Origin: Bacilli bacterium
GTDB lineage: Bacteria > Bacillota_I > Bacilli_A > RF39 > UBA660
Length of the DNA stretch: 61,418 nucleotides
Direction: 5' to 3'
Assembly: GCA_017432645.1 (NCBI GenBank)
Contig: JAFRIU010000021.1
Span: forward strand, 1-61,418
Made by a program: the position numbers and the translations under genes. The notes under the pieces were generated by a model. The model was not told where the DNA came from. It saw nothing but the letters and a program-made list of their open reading frames with translations, and made no database searches. Of the stretch, positions 11,455 to 21,162 are shown piece after piece. Each line of letters starts with the position of its first letter. Within the stretch, counting starts at the first letter, position 1.

Positions 11455-12087
11455 ATGGAAAGGAGGAATATGGACAAACTCTTAGATTATGAGGGTTTGG
11501 TATATCGTATTATTTATAAATATCCTAGTCGATTTGATAAGAATGATTTGTATCAAGTAGGTATGATGGGATTGGTAGAGGCTTATAAGCATTATAAGGA
11601 ATGTTATGATACTAAGTTTTCTACTTTTGCTTATTATTACATCATAGGAGAGGTGAATAAATATATACGGGAAAATAGTTGTTTAAAAGTTGGTAGGGAT
11701 TTTATTGAATTAAATAAAAAAATTCTAAAGACAAAAGAAGCGATGATTCAAAAACTAGGAAGAGAACCTACCAATTTAGAGATATCTTTATTTTTGGAAG
11801 TAGATGAAGCTTTGATTGAAGAGGCATTGCTTGCTACAGAGGAGGTAGATTCTTTAGATGATGTATATGATAAAATATCTTCTGATGATTCTTTAGATAC
11901 TAGGGCAGATATTCTTGACCTTAGAAATGAATTAGATAAATTGCCTATAGAGGAGAAAAAATTGATTTATAATAGGTACTATCAAGATATGACTCAGATG
12001 GAGACTTCTAAATCTTTGGGAATGAGTCAGGTACAAGTATCTAGAAATGAAGCTAAAATCTTACAGAAGTTAAAGACTAGATTATAG
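11455..12087 (+). CDS. Sporulation-type sigma-70 family factor (SigF/SigG-like)
   Basis: Region 2 (DLYQVGMMGLVEAYKHY, FSTFAYYYIIGEV) and region 4 (YYQDMTQMETSKSLGMSQVQVSRNEAKIL) motifs. It lies directly upstream of spoVA genes, as sigF does in Bacillus. The start may be the Met at 11470. Confidence 0.8.
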   Translation: MERRNMDKLLDYEGLVYRIIYKYPSRFDKNDLYQVGMMGLVEAYKHYKECYDTKFSTFAYYYIIGEVNKYIRENSCLKVGRDFIELNKKILKTKEAMIQKLGREPTNLEISLFLEVDEALIEEALLATEEVDSLDDVYDKISSDDSLDTRADILDLRNELDKLPIEEKKLIYNRYYQDMTQMETSKSLGMSQVQVSRNEAKILQKLKTRL

Positions 12088-12143
12088 TTTTTAACTTTTT
12101 GTATGATTTTTTTTGTTTTGGACAAGTTATTATTGGTGAAGAA

Positions 12144-12588
12144 TATGCGAGATTTAAAATATGAAAAGATAGCGAATTCTCATAAAGCTCCTGAGAAAAA
12201 GTTTCAAAATGCTTTGATAGCCTTTTTTAGTGGAGGTTTTCTTGGCTTTTTAGCGGAAGGTATCATTGAGGTTTTGATGTGGAAATTTGAACTTAGTCGT
12301 ATGATTTCTGCTACTTATATGATTGTTTTCTTTATTTTTTTTGCTAGTTTATTTACGGCGCTTGGTTTCTTTGACCAGTGGGTGGCAAAATTCAAATGTG
12401 GTCTTATTATTCCTATTACTGGTTTTGCTCATTCTATGACAAGTAGCAGTTTGGATTATCGTACGGAGGGACCTATTTATGGAATTGGTTCTAATATGTT
12501 TAAATTGGCAGGTAGTGTCATTTTATATGGTGTTTTATCCGCTTGGTTCTTTGGTACGATTCGTTATTTGATTGGGGTGATAGGATGA
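12144..12588 (+). CDS. spoVAC: Stage V sporulation protein AC
   Basis: Motifs: FFSGGFLGFLAEGI..., IPITGFAHSMTSS..., multi-TM. Start moved to MRDLKYEK. The stop overlaps the spoVAD start (ATGA). Confidence 0.85.
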
Positions 12589-13571
12589 CTTTTTCTTATA
12601 AAAATGTTTATTTGGGAGATACGGTTACAATTTGTGGTCCTTATGAGAAAAAGGGACCTTTCAGACGGTATTTTGATAAGGTCTATGATGATTTTTATTT
12701 TGGAGAAGATTCTTTTGAAAAAGGTGAGATTAAGCTAGTTAGAGAAGCTCTTTCTATGATTTTAAAAAAAGTAGGAAAGAAGGAAGTAGATTTAGTTATT
12801 GGTGGTGATTTATTGAATCAGATTGTTGCATCTACCTATGGAAGTGCAGGAGTTGGGAAAGGTTTTATTGGGATTTATGGTGCTTGTAGTAGTAGTGCTT
12901 TAGGGATGCTGATTGCGGCTAATTTTATTGAGAATAGGCAAGTGGAGAGTGCACTTTGTTTTGTCTCTTCTCATAATTTGACTAGTGAAAGGCAATTCCG
13001 TTATCCAATAGAATATGGAGCTCCAAGGCCGAATAGTAGTACTTTTACAGCGACAGGTGCCGCTTGCTGTTTTTTGACGAATCAAAAGACAAAGGTTCGT
13101 TTAGAATGCGCTACTTTAGGGAAGATTATTGATTATAATCAGAATGATCCTAATGATATGGGAAGAGTCATGGCACCAGCGGCTATTGATACTTTGAAAA
13201 CTCATTTTGAAGAAACTGGTAGAGTGCCTAAAGATTATGATTTGATTGTTACAGGTGATTTGGGAGTTTATGGAAAAGAGATTGTAAAGGAGTATATGTC
13301 TTCTGTTTATCATATGGATTTAAATGATAACTATAATGATTGTGGAGTTATGCTATATGATTTAGAAAAACAAAAAGATATTCATGCGGGAGGAAGTGGA
13401 CCTGTATGTAGTGCTTTAGTTCTTTATTCTTATTTGTATGAACAGTTAAAAAAGGGAAAATATAAAAGAGTTCTTTTTTTAGCTACAGGTGCTTTGTTCT
13501 CTCCTATGATGCTATATCAAAAAGAGAATATTGATTCTATCTGTCATGCTATTAGTTTGGAGGTGGTTTAA
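12585..13571 (+). CDS. spoVAD: Stage V sporulation protein AD (thiolase-fold)
   Basis: Motifs: MTFSYKNVYLGD..., GIYGACSSS, GGSGPVCSA. It lies between spoVAC and spoVAE. The 12543 start in the track is an out-of-context extension. Confidence 0.85.
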   Translation: MTFSYKNVYLGDTVTICGPYEKKGPFRRYFDKVYDDFYFGEDSFEKGEIKLVREALSMILKKVGKKEVDLVIGGDLLNQIVASTYGSAGVGKGFIGIYGACSSSALGMLIAANFIENRQVESALCFVSSHNLTSERQFRYPIEYGAPRPNSSTFTATGAACCFLTNQKTKVRLECATLGKIIDYNQNDPNDMGRVMAPAAIDTLKTHFEETGRVPKDYDLIVTGDLGVYGKEIVKEYMSSVYHMDLNDNYNDCGVMLYDLEKQKDIHAGGSGPVCSALVLYSYLYEQLKKGKYKRVLFLATGALFSPMMLYQKENIDSICHAISLEVV

Positions 13572-13921
13572 TGCTTCTTCTAAATTCTTTTCTTTTTTGT
13601 GGAGCAATTTGTATGATTTCTCAAATTATCTTAGATCATACTAAGTTAACACCTGGTCATATTACTTCTCTTTTAGTTGTTTTAGGAGCTTTTTTAGATT
13701 CTTTTGATATTTACGATAAAATTATTGAAATCGTTGGAGGAGGAGCTCAACTTCCTATTACTAGTTTTGGCCATTCTTTAGTTCATGCGGCACTGAAAAA
13801 AGCAGAAACAAATGGACTAATGGGGATTTTTATGGGAATGTTTGATTTAACCGCAACGGGTATTACTACTGCTATTGTTTTTTCTTTTCTTTTCACTATG
13901 CTTTTTCGTCCAAAAGATTAA
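13571..13921 (+). CDS. spoVAE: Stage V sporulation protein AE (SpoVAEB-like)
   Basis: 116-aa membrane protein with LPITSFGHSL. TAATG overlap with spoVAD. Confidence 0.8.
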   Translation: MLLLNSFLFCGAICMISQIILDHTKLTPGHITSLLVVLGAFLDSFDIYDKIIEIVGGGAQLPITSFGHSLVHAALKKAETNGLMGIFMGMFDLTATGITTAIVFSFLFTMLFRPKD

Positions 13922-14427
13922 TGTCAAATTTTGTCTAAATTGATAGTTTGTATATTCATTTTTTTAAAATAGATATATAATAATATAGGTTAGAGTAGTT
14001 TCCTATTTACTCTTTGTCTTTTTTTACCTTAAATTTATTTTTTCTTGCAATAGGAAAAAATAAAAAATAGGAACTTACTTATTAGATTGTTTTTATAAGA
14101 GAAGAAATCTTCTCTTTTTTTTGTGAAATTAATATTTGCACTTTCTATCTTTTATTTTTGAATGTTTTGCTTATTATTTGTTGAAATATAAAGGAATATA
14201 GTCCTTTACATTTTTACATTTTCTATAAAATAAGACTCTGTAAATCGAACAAAATCGGAAGGTTGTTGGTAAATATAGGTAAAATGTTTTTTTTAATACT
14301 TTTTAAAAAAGTAGAGATGTAAAATTTATCTAAAAAAGTATTTTTTTCTATAAAAAATATTTACAAAAAAATAGACCTAAAGTAAGATTATCTTAGGTCG
14401 AAAAAATAAAAAGAAAGGTGAATAAAT

Positions 14428-16701
14428 ATGGATAGAGAGTTTTTTAATGATATTACCGTAGTGAAGAGAAGTGGTCAAAGAGTTGCCTTCAATCCTACGA
14501 AAGTTGCTATCGCTGTAAAAAAAGGTTTTGATAGCGTTTATGAAGATTATGATGAGAAAAATGTTAATAAAGTAAAAGAAAAAGTACTAGATTATATAGA
14601 GAAAGAATATAAAGATCGTAAGACGATTGGTGTAGAAGATGTTTCTGACGTTATTGAAGAAGTTCTTAAAAAGATGAAGTATGATGATGTTTATGAGTCT
14701 TTTAAAGGATATCGTGAAAGAAGAAGTGCTTCTCGTGAAGCTTTTGTTGAAAAGCAACAGCATAAGTTTGTAAAAGCTATTGAGTCTTTAGGTCTTAAGA
14801 GTGCTGCAGAAGAAAATACGAAAAGAGAAAATGCTAATGTAGATGGGGATGGTCCAATGGGGACTATGCTTCATTTTGGATCTACTGTTTCTAAGGAATT
14901 TGCCAAGGCTTATTTGATGGATGCAAAGTATGCTAGAGCTCACGATGAAGGAATGATTCATATTCATGATTTGGATTTCTGGGCTATGGGTACTACTACT
15001 TGTACACAGATTGATTTGAATAAGTTGTTTAAGAATGGATTTTCTACAGGACATGGATATTTGAGAACTCCAAATTCTATTTCTTCTTATTCTGCTCTTG
15101 CTGCAATTGCCATTCAATCTAATCAGAATGAGCAGCACGGTGGACAAAGTATTCCAGCATTTGATTATTATATGGCTCCAGGTGTTTTAAAAACATTTAA
15201 GAAAGAATTTAAACAAGAATTATTAGAATTGTTAGATTTTGAAGAAATTCGTGAATTAGTTAATTTTGATAGAATGATTGAGACAGTAGATAAATTATCT
15301 AGTATCGAATTTGATATGAATGATTTTCAAGAATTTACTCAAAGCAAGAAAGTAGAAGAAATTGTAAAAGTTGCTTATGAAAATGCTTTCCAAAAAACGG
15401 ATAGAAGTACTTTCCAAGCAATGGAGGCTTTTATTCATAATTTGAATACCATGCATTCTAGAGCTGGGGCACAAGTTCCATTTAGTTCTGTTAACTTTGG
15501 AACAGATGTTTCTCCAGAAGGACGTATGGTAATTAAGAATTATTTACTTGCAACGGAAGAAGGATTAGGACATGGAGAAACTCCTATTTTCCCAATTTCT
15601 ATCTTCAAAGTAAAAGAAGGAATTAACTACAATAAGGAAGATCCTAGTTATGATTTATTTAGACTTGCTTGCCGTGTTTCTGCGAAGAGATTATTCCCTA
15701 ATTTCTCTTTCCTAGATTCTAGCTTTAATAAGCCTTTCTTAGTTCCAGGTGATTTTAATACAGAAGTAGGTTATATGGGATGTAGAACAAGAGTTCTTGC
15801 AAATGTTTGTGGGCCATCTGTTACTCCAGGAAGAGGTAATTTAAGTTTTACATCAATTAACTTACCAAGAATTGGACTTAAGCATGGAATTGCTTTAGGA
15901 GAGAGAGAAAAAGCTGATATGAAAGGCTTCTATCAAGAATTAGATGAAGTAATGGATTTGGTAAAAGGACAATTGCTTCAAAGATTTGAATGTCAATGTT
16001 CTAAATCCAAAGCAAATTTTAAATTCTTACTAGGTTCTCATGTTTGGCTAAATAGTGAAAAATTAGATGATCATGCAAAACTTCGTACAGTTTTAAAGCA
16101 TGGAACATTGTCTATTGGATTTATTGGCCTTGCTGAAACTTTGAAGGCTTTAATTGGAGAACATCATGGAGAAAGTGAAAAGGCTCAAAAATTAGGACTT
16201 GAAATTGTTAAACATATGAGAGAAAGATGCGATCAATATACAGAAGAGTATAATTTAAACTTTACTTGTTTAGCTACACCAGCTGAAGGTTTATCTGGAA
16301 GATTTGTTGCGATTGATCGTTCTATTTATGGAAAATTAAAAGGAATTACAGATAGAGATTATTATACTAATTCTTTCCATGTACCAGTTTATTATAAGAC
16401 AACTGCAAAACATAAAATGGAAGTGGAAGGAAAATATCATAAATATACGAATGCAGGACATATATCTTATGTAGAACTTGATGGCGACACGGTAAATAAT
16501 GTGGATGCTTTCGAGTCTGTTGTTCGTATTATGCATGATAATGATATCGGTTATGGAGCTATTAACCATCCAGTAGATCGTGATCCTGTTTGTGGATATG
16601 TTGGAGTTATCAAGGATGTTTGTCCAAGATGTGGACGTCATGAAGGGGAAGGCGTTGAAATGGAAAAAGTAAATTGTTATGACTGTGAATGTGGTCGTTA
16701 A
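14428..16701 (+). CDS. nrdD: Anaerobic ribonucleoside-triphosphate reductase large polypeptide; ends after the Zn-Cys cluster and lacks the glycyl-radical motif
   Basis: N-terminal ATP-cone (VVKRSGQRVAFNPTKV). Class III RNR core. C-terminus is ...CPRCGRHEGEGVEMEKVNCYDCECGR followed by a stop. No RxxGY motif in this ORF. Confidence 0.9.
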   Translation: MDREFFNDITVVKRSGQRVAFNPTKVAIAVKKGFDSVYEDYDEKNVNKVKEKVLDYIEKEYKDRKTIGVEDVSDVIEEVLKKMKYDDVYESFKGYRERRSASREAFVEKQQHKFVKAIESLGLKSAAEENTKRENANVDGDGPMGTMLHFGSTVSKEFAKAYLMDAKYARAHDEGMIHIHDLDFWAMGTTTCTQIDLNKLFKNGFSTGHGYLRTPNSISSYSALAAIAIQSNQNEQHGGQSIPAFDYYMAPGVLKTFKKEFKQELLELLDFEEIRELVNFDRMIETVDKLSSIEFDMNDFQEFTQSKKVEEIVKVAYENAFQKTDRSTFQAMEAFIHNLNTMHSRAGAQVPFSSVNFGTDVSPEGRMVIKNYLLATEEGLGHGETPIFPISIFKVKEGINYNKEDPSYDLFRLACRVSAKRLFPNFSFLDSSFNKPFLVPGDFNTEVGYMGCRTRVLANVCGPSVTPGRGNLSFTSINLPRIGLKHGIALGEREKADMKGFYQELDEVMDLVKGQLLQRFECQCSKSKANFKFLLGSHVWLNSEKLDDHAKLRTVLKHGTLSIGFIGLAETLKALIGEHHGESEKAQKLGLEIVKHMRERCDQYTEEYNLNFTCLATPAEGLSGRFVAIDRSIYGKLKGITDRDYYTNSFHVPVYYKTTAKHKMEVEGKYHKYTNAGHISYVELDGDTVNNVDAFESVVRIMHDNDIGYGAINHPVDRDPVCGYVGVIKDVCPRCGRHEGEGVEMEKVNCYDCECGR

Positions 16702-16724
16702 AAATATAGAAAGAGGTGTGTAAA

Positions 16725-16880
16725 ATGGAAGAAAATAAAAAAAGAACAAAAGTTGTTGGAGAAGGAGTTGGATTCGATAGAATCAGAAGAATTACTGGTT
16801 ATTTAGTAGGAACTCTAGATAGATTTAATAATGCTAAGAAAGCCGAAGTTGGCGATCGCGTAACTCATGAAGCAAAATAA
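16725..16880 (+). CDS. Stand-alone 51-aa glycyl-radical segment of NrdD
   Basis: Not in the ORF track (<60 aa). Has an RBS (aaagaggtg) 8 nt upstream of the ATG. Translation is MEENKKRTKVVGEGVGFDRIRRITGYLVGTLDRFNNAKKAEVGDRVTHEAK, which carries the class III RNR RRxxGYL..(N)AK..E...R..H motif. It is in a different frame from nrdD and overlaps nrdG by 14 nt. Confidence 0.7.
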   Translation: MEENKKRTKVVGEGVGFDRIRRITGYLVGTLDRFNNAKKAEVGDRVTHEAK

Positions 16881-17439
16881 CAGTGGTTACATTCGTTTAG
16901 CTGCAGATTTACAGAGTGATAGTATTGTAGATGGACCTGGTCTTCGTACGGTGATTTGGACACAAGGATGTTCTCATCATTGTAAGGGATGTCAAAATCC
17001 TCAAACTTGGGATTTTGAAGGAGGAGGACTCGTTCCTATTCCAGATGTTTTAGAAGCAATTGATGAATTAGAGTATCAATCAGGAATTACTTTTAGTGGT
17101 GGAGATCCTATGTATCAGCCAGAAGCTTGTTTGGAGATTGCCGCTTATTGTAGAAAAAAAGGCTATAACATTTGGGTATATACTGGTTTCACTTTTGAAG
17201 AAATTTTAAAAATGGCTGAAAAGAAGCCTGTTTATAGAGAGTTTTTATTAAATACAGATGTCTTAGTGGATGGCAGATTTATTGAAGAAGAAAGAGATTT
17301 AAGCTTGTTATTTAGAGGATCTCGTAATCAAAGATTAATTGATGTTTCAGAATCTTTGAAAGAAGGAAGAGTAGTTTTATTTAATGAAGTTACTTATCAA
17401 GATGAATCTGCTTTTTACAGAAAGCCAATATTTGTATAG
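16867..17439 (+). CDS. nrdG: Anaerobic RNR activating protein (radical SAM)
   Basis: VDGPGLRTVIWTQGCSHHCKGCQNPQTW, a CxxxCxxC radical-SAM motif typical of NrdG. Confidence 0.9.
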   Translation: MKQNNSGYIRLAADLQSDSIVDGPGLRTVIWTQGCSHHCKGCQNPQTWDFEGGGLVPIPDVLEAIDELEYQSGITFSGGDPMYQPEACLEIAAYCRKKGYNIWVYTGFTFEEILKMAEKKPVYREFLLNTDVLVDGRFIEEERDLSLLFRGSRNQRLIDVSESLKEGRVVLFNEVTYQDESAFYRKPIFV

Positions 17440-17494
17440 AAAAGAGTAGATTATCTATTCTTTTTTTATTATAATTTTTTTAGGAGGAATTCTT

Positions 17495-17848
17495 ATGGGT
17501 ATTTTAGATACGATTACTAAACAAGCACAAAATGTATTAAAGGACAAGAAAAAGAAAGAGAAAATGGGAGATGCTGTAGAAGGAGTATTAAAAGAAGTTA
17601 AGAAAAATATCAAAGATGAAAGTACAAAAAAGATGCTAGATAAGGCTATTCAAACAGTAGATCAAGCTACTACTACAAAGACAAAAAGCAAAGCAAAAAC
17701 TACTAAAACTCAATCGACTAAAGATGAGAAATCTGCTGCGAAAAAGTCCAGTAAAAAAGAAAGTAAGTCTAGTAAGAATACGAAGTCTACAAAAAGTACT
17801 AAAACGGGTAAAAGTAAGAAAACATCAACGACAAAGAAGAAGAAATAA
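17495..17848 (+). CDS. Small Lys/Ser/Thr-rich protein, function unknown
   Basis: GGAGG RBS. Low-complexity basic C-terminal half. A hairpin plus T-run follows. Confidence 0.6.
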   Translation: MGILDTITKQAQNVLKDKKKKEKMGDAVEGVLKEVKKNIKDESTKKMLDKAIQTVDQATTTKTKSKAKTTKTQSTKDEKSAAKKSSKKESKSSKNTKSTKSTKTGKSKKTSTTKKKK

Positions 17849-17921
17849 TTCTTCTTTTTTTTTGTATAATATTTTTATTTGTACATAAAATATGAGTGTA
17901 GTGTAAAAGAATTTTATAAAA

Positions 17922-17963
17922 TTAGCACTTTCACTTGACAAGTGCTAAAAATAGTGTTAGTAT
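17922..17963 (+). promoter_or_regulatory. CIRCE-type inverted repeat overlapping a sigma-A-like promoter, upstream of hsp20
   Basis: TTAGCACTT-N9-AAGTGCTAA (17922-17948) against the consensus TTAGCACTC-N9-GAGTGCTAA. TTGACA (17935-17940) lies in the spacer. After 17 nt comes TAGTAT (17958-17963). Confidence 0.75.
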
Positions 17964-18050
17964 TAAGATGTAGTAAGAAATTACTATGGTATTAGTCATT
18001 AAAAATTGTGCTACCATTCATGGGCACATTATGAAAGGAAGTTGATTTAT

Positions 18051-18470
18051 ATGATGTTAATGCCAAGAAGAGATTTTGATTTATTTGGAGAAGACTTTTT
18101 CGGAGATGATTTTTTCAAAGGAGAAAAAAATAATCTAATGAAAACAGACATTAAGGAGACGGATAATAATTATATTCTAGATATTGATTTACCAGGTTAT
18201 CGTAAGGAAGATATTAAAGTAGATATTACGAATGGATACTTAACTATTCATGCAAAGACTTCTAGTGAAAACAAAGAAGAACATAAAGGAAAATTTGTTC
18301 GTCGTGAAAGATTTACAGGAGAATGTACTCGTAGTTTCTATGTAGGAGAAGATATCAAAGAAAACGAAATCAAAGCTAGCTTTAAGAATGGTATTTTGAA
18401 TCTAGAAGTTCCTAAAGTAAATCCTGAAGAGAAGAAATCTGATAAAAAGTACATTGAGATTAAAGATTAA
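18051..18470 (+). CDS. Hsp20/alpha-crystallin small heat-shock protein
   Basis: Alpha-crystallin domain (DIKETDNNYILDIDLPGYRKEDIKV..., FKNGILNLEVPK). Start moved to the ATG after RBS gaaaggaag. The TTG at 18006 is unlikely. Confidence 0.85.
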   Translation: MMLMPRRDFDLFGEDFFGDDFFKGEKNNLMKTDIKETDNNYILDIDLPGYRKEDIKVDITNGYLTIHAKTSSENKEEHKGKFVRRERFTGECTRSFYVGEDIKENEIKASFKNGILNLEVPKVNPEEKKSDKKYIEIKD

Positions 18471-18474
18471 TTAA

Positions 18475-18499
18475 AAAGCCTAACATGTTAGGCTTTTTT
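18475..18499 (+). terminator. Terminator after hsp20
   Basis: agcctaac-atg-ttaggct hairpin followed by a T-run. Confidence 0.75.
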
Positions 18500-18579
18500 C
18501 TTTGTATAGACTTTTTTCCTTTTTTCTTTTACAATAATTGTGATATATGTGAACCTTTTTATAGAATGGGGGAGATTCC

Positions 18580-19464
18580 ATGATTGTAGAGGATAAGGAA
18601 GGAATGAGAATAGATAGTTACTTGTCGGAGCAGTTAGATGTTTCTAGAAGTAAGATTCAGAAATTAATTAAAGAGGAAAAGGTACTAGTAAATGGTAAAA
18701 AGATAAATGCTTCTTATCCTGTTCAACTTAATGACTCTATCGAAATAGATGATGAACTGAATTATGAGATTCATGTAGAGCCTGAGAATATTCCACTAGA
18801 TATTGTGTATGAAGATGATGATTTGTTAATTATTAATAAAGTCAGTGGAATGGTTGTTCATCCAGCTCCAGGACATTATACAGGAACTTTAGTTAATGCA
18901 TTACTTTATCGATATGGATCTTTGGCAGGAGATAAATTTAGACCAGGAATTGTTCATAGATTAGATAAAGATACTAGTGGTTTGATGCTTGTTGCGAAAA
19001 ATGAATGGACTTTGGAAAAATTATCTGAGATGATTTCCACAAAAGATGTGGAAAGAAAATACTTGGCAATTGTAGACGGTGTGATTTCTCATGATACGGG
19101 AGAAATTGATGCTCCGATTGGAAGAGATTTAAAAGATCGTCAAAAAATGGCTGTTACAGATGTAAATTCTAAAGAGGCTATTACTTATTTTAGAGTATTA
19201 GAAAGATTTGCTAAACATTCTTTATTAGAATGTACTTTGAAGACAGGAAGAACTCATCAAATTCGTGTTCATATGGCTTATATTGGTCATCCTGTTTCAA
19301 ATGATCCATTATATGGAAAAGGAAGATGCAGTGATTTTGGTCAGATGCTACATTCCTATAGTATTCGCCTTTTGCATCCGAGAACAGGAAAAGAACTATT
19401 CTTTACAAGTGATCCACCATTAGAGTTTCAAGAAAAATTAGAAGAATTAAGAAATACATTTTAG
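18580..19464 (+). CDS. rluD: RluA-family 23S rRNA pseudouridine synthase (RluD-like)
   Basis: S4 domain (RIDSYLSEQLDVSRSKIQKLI) and catalytic HRLDKDTSGLMLVAKN. Confidence 0.85.
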   Translation: MIVEDKEGMRIDSYLSEQLDVSRSKIQKLIKEEKVLVNGKKINASYPVQLNDSIEIDDELNYEIHVEPENIPLDIVYEDDDLLIINKVSGMVVHPAPGHYTGTLVNALLYRYGSLAGDKFRPGIVHRLDKDTSGLMLVAKNEWTLEKLSEMISTKDVERKYLAIVDGVISHDTGEIDAPIGRDLKDRQKMAVTDVNSKEAITYFRVLERFAKHSLLECTLKTGRTHQIRVHMAYIGHPVSNDPLYGKGRCSDFGQMLHSYSIRLLHPRTGKELFFTSDPPLEFQEKLEELRNTF

Positions 19465-19510
19465 AGACATTTTGAAAAGTTTTTGATACAATAGGGAAAA
19501 GGAGAAGTTT

Positions 19511-21064
19511 ATGTATGTTGATAATAAAATTTTAATCGGAAAAAATGAGAATAAAGAGTTGTCTATTTTATTAGACAAAGCTAATCGTCATGGGTTAATT
19601 ACTGGTGCTAGTGGATCTGGTAAGACGATTACCTTAAAAGTGATGGCAGAGTCTTTTTCTTCTGCTGGAGTTCCCGTTTTTTTAGCAGATGTTAAAGGAG
19701 ATATTGCAGGTACTGCTCTTTGTGGAGAAGAGAGTGAGAGTCTTGTTAAAAGATTAACAAAACTAAAAATAGAGAATTTTGAATATCGTAGTTTTCCAGT
19801 TCGCTTTTGGGATATTTTTGGAGACTATGGTCATCCTATTCGTACTTCTTTAGATACAGTTGGTCCGGATATTTTATCTATGATGTTAGGTTTATCAGAA
19901 GCACAGGAAGGTATGCTTGCGATTGCATTTAAGATTGCTCAAGATAATGATTGGAAATTAGATGATATTAAGGATTTGAGATTATTGCTTCAATATATTG
20001 GAGATAATAAGAATGATTTTATTACGAAGTATGGAAATATTACTACTCAAAGTATTGGCGTTATTCAAAGATGTTTATTGACGTTAGAAAATCAAGGAGC
20101 CGATAAATTCTTTGGTCAACCAGAGCTAGACATTCATGATTTTATTTCTGTAGATTCTAATGGACTTGGAGTGGTTAATATTTTACATGCAGTAGAGTTG
20201 TTCCGTTCTCCTGATTTATATGCTTCTTTCTTGTTATGGTTATTAACAGAATTGTTCCATCAAATGCCTGAGGTTGGAGATTTGGAAAAACCAAAAATGG
20301 TATTCTTCTTTGATGAGGCGCATCTATTGTTTAACAATATGCCTAGTTACCGTTTGAAACAAATTACACAAGTAGTAAAATTAATTCGTTCTCGTGGAAT
20401 AGGACTTTATTTTATTTCTCAAAGTCCAAGTGATATTCCAGATGAAGTTATGGCGCAACTTGGAAATAGAGTGCAACATACTTTAAGAGCTTATACTCCA
20501 AGTGAGCAAAAGGCAGTAAAGGCAGCTGCAGATGCTTTCCGATCTAATACTAAGTTCAATACAATGGAAGCAATTCTTACTTTGGGAACTGGAGAGGCAC
20601 TTGTTTCTTTCCAAAATGCAGAGGGAGAACCAGAAATTGTGGAACGAGTTACTATTCTTCCACCACAAAGTAAGATGGGCGTTATTGATGATATTACTAG
20701 GAATAAGATTATTAATGCTTCTTCCTTAGTTGGAAAGTATGAGGAAATTGTAGAAAGAGATTCTGCTTATGAAGAGTTAGATAAAATGATTAAAGAGCAG
20801 TTAGAAGCCAAAGAAGAGGCTCGCAAGAGAGAAGAAGAAGCAAAGGAAGCAGAAAAAGCAGCGAAAGAAGCTGAGAAAGCAGCTAAACAAGCAGAAAAAG
20901 ATAAAAAAGAAGCTGAGAGAGAAGCAGAAAAGAAGAAGAAGGAAGCTGAAAGAGCCAAGAAGAATTCTTTAGAATACAAATTAGGTAGAAAAGTAGTCAA
21001 TAAGACGACGGACAAATTGATTAATAAGGGATTAAATACTTTATTTAAGAAATTCTTTAAATAG
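19511..21064 (+). CDS. DUF853/YjgR-like HerA-FtsK-clade P-loop ATPase with Lys/Glu-rich tail
   Basis: NRHGLITGASGSGKTITLKVMAE..GVPVFLADVKGD and Walker B FFFDEAH. Confidence 0.75.
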   Translation: MYVDNKILIGKNENKELSILLDKANRHGLITGASGSGKTITLKVMAESFSSAGVPVFLADVKGDIAGTALCGEESESLVKRLTKLKIENFEYRSFPVRFWDIFGDYGHPIRTSLDTVGPDILSMMLGLSEAQEGMLAIAFKIAQDNDWKLDDIKDLRLLLQYIGDNKNDFITKYGNITTQSIGVIQRCLLTLENQGADKFFGQPELDIHDFISVDSNGLGVVNILHAVELFRSPDLYASFLLWLLTELFHQMPEVGDLEKPKMVFFFDEAHLLFNNMPSYRLKQITQVVKLIRSRGIGLYFISQSPSDIPDEVMAQLGNRVQHTLRAYTPSEQKAVKAAADAFRSNTKFNTMEAILTLGTGEALVSFQNAEGEPEIVERVTILPPQSKMGVIDDITRNKIINASSLVGKYEEIVERDSAYEELDKMIKEQLEAKEEARKREEEAKEAEKAAKEAEKAAKQAEKDKKEAEREAEKKKKEAERAKKNSLEYKLGRKVVNKTTDKLINKGLNTLFKKFFK

Positions 21065-21162
21065 AAAAAAGATAGCTTTTTATTAAGAGCTATTTTTTTT
21101 ATAAAGATACTTTTTTTTTCTCTTGCTTTTTGATATACTTTAGTAGAATAGAGGGTGATTGG

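Noticed and set aside
13922-14427. The 500-bp AT-rich region upstream of nrdD, checked for NrdR boxes or a riboswitch.
   Set aside because: I could not find a convincing 16-bp NrdR-type palindrome or any conserved riboswitch core. I saw only terminator-like hairpins (about 13991-14027 and 14098-14122) and a hairpin gacctaa-N12-ttaggtc at 14373-14399 of unknown meaning.
20483-21015. ORFs 20483-20668 (-), 20532-20729 (+) and 20767-21015 (-).
   Set aside because: They are embedded in the DUF853 gene. The last is the antisense of the KEEA-repeat tail.
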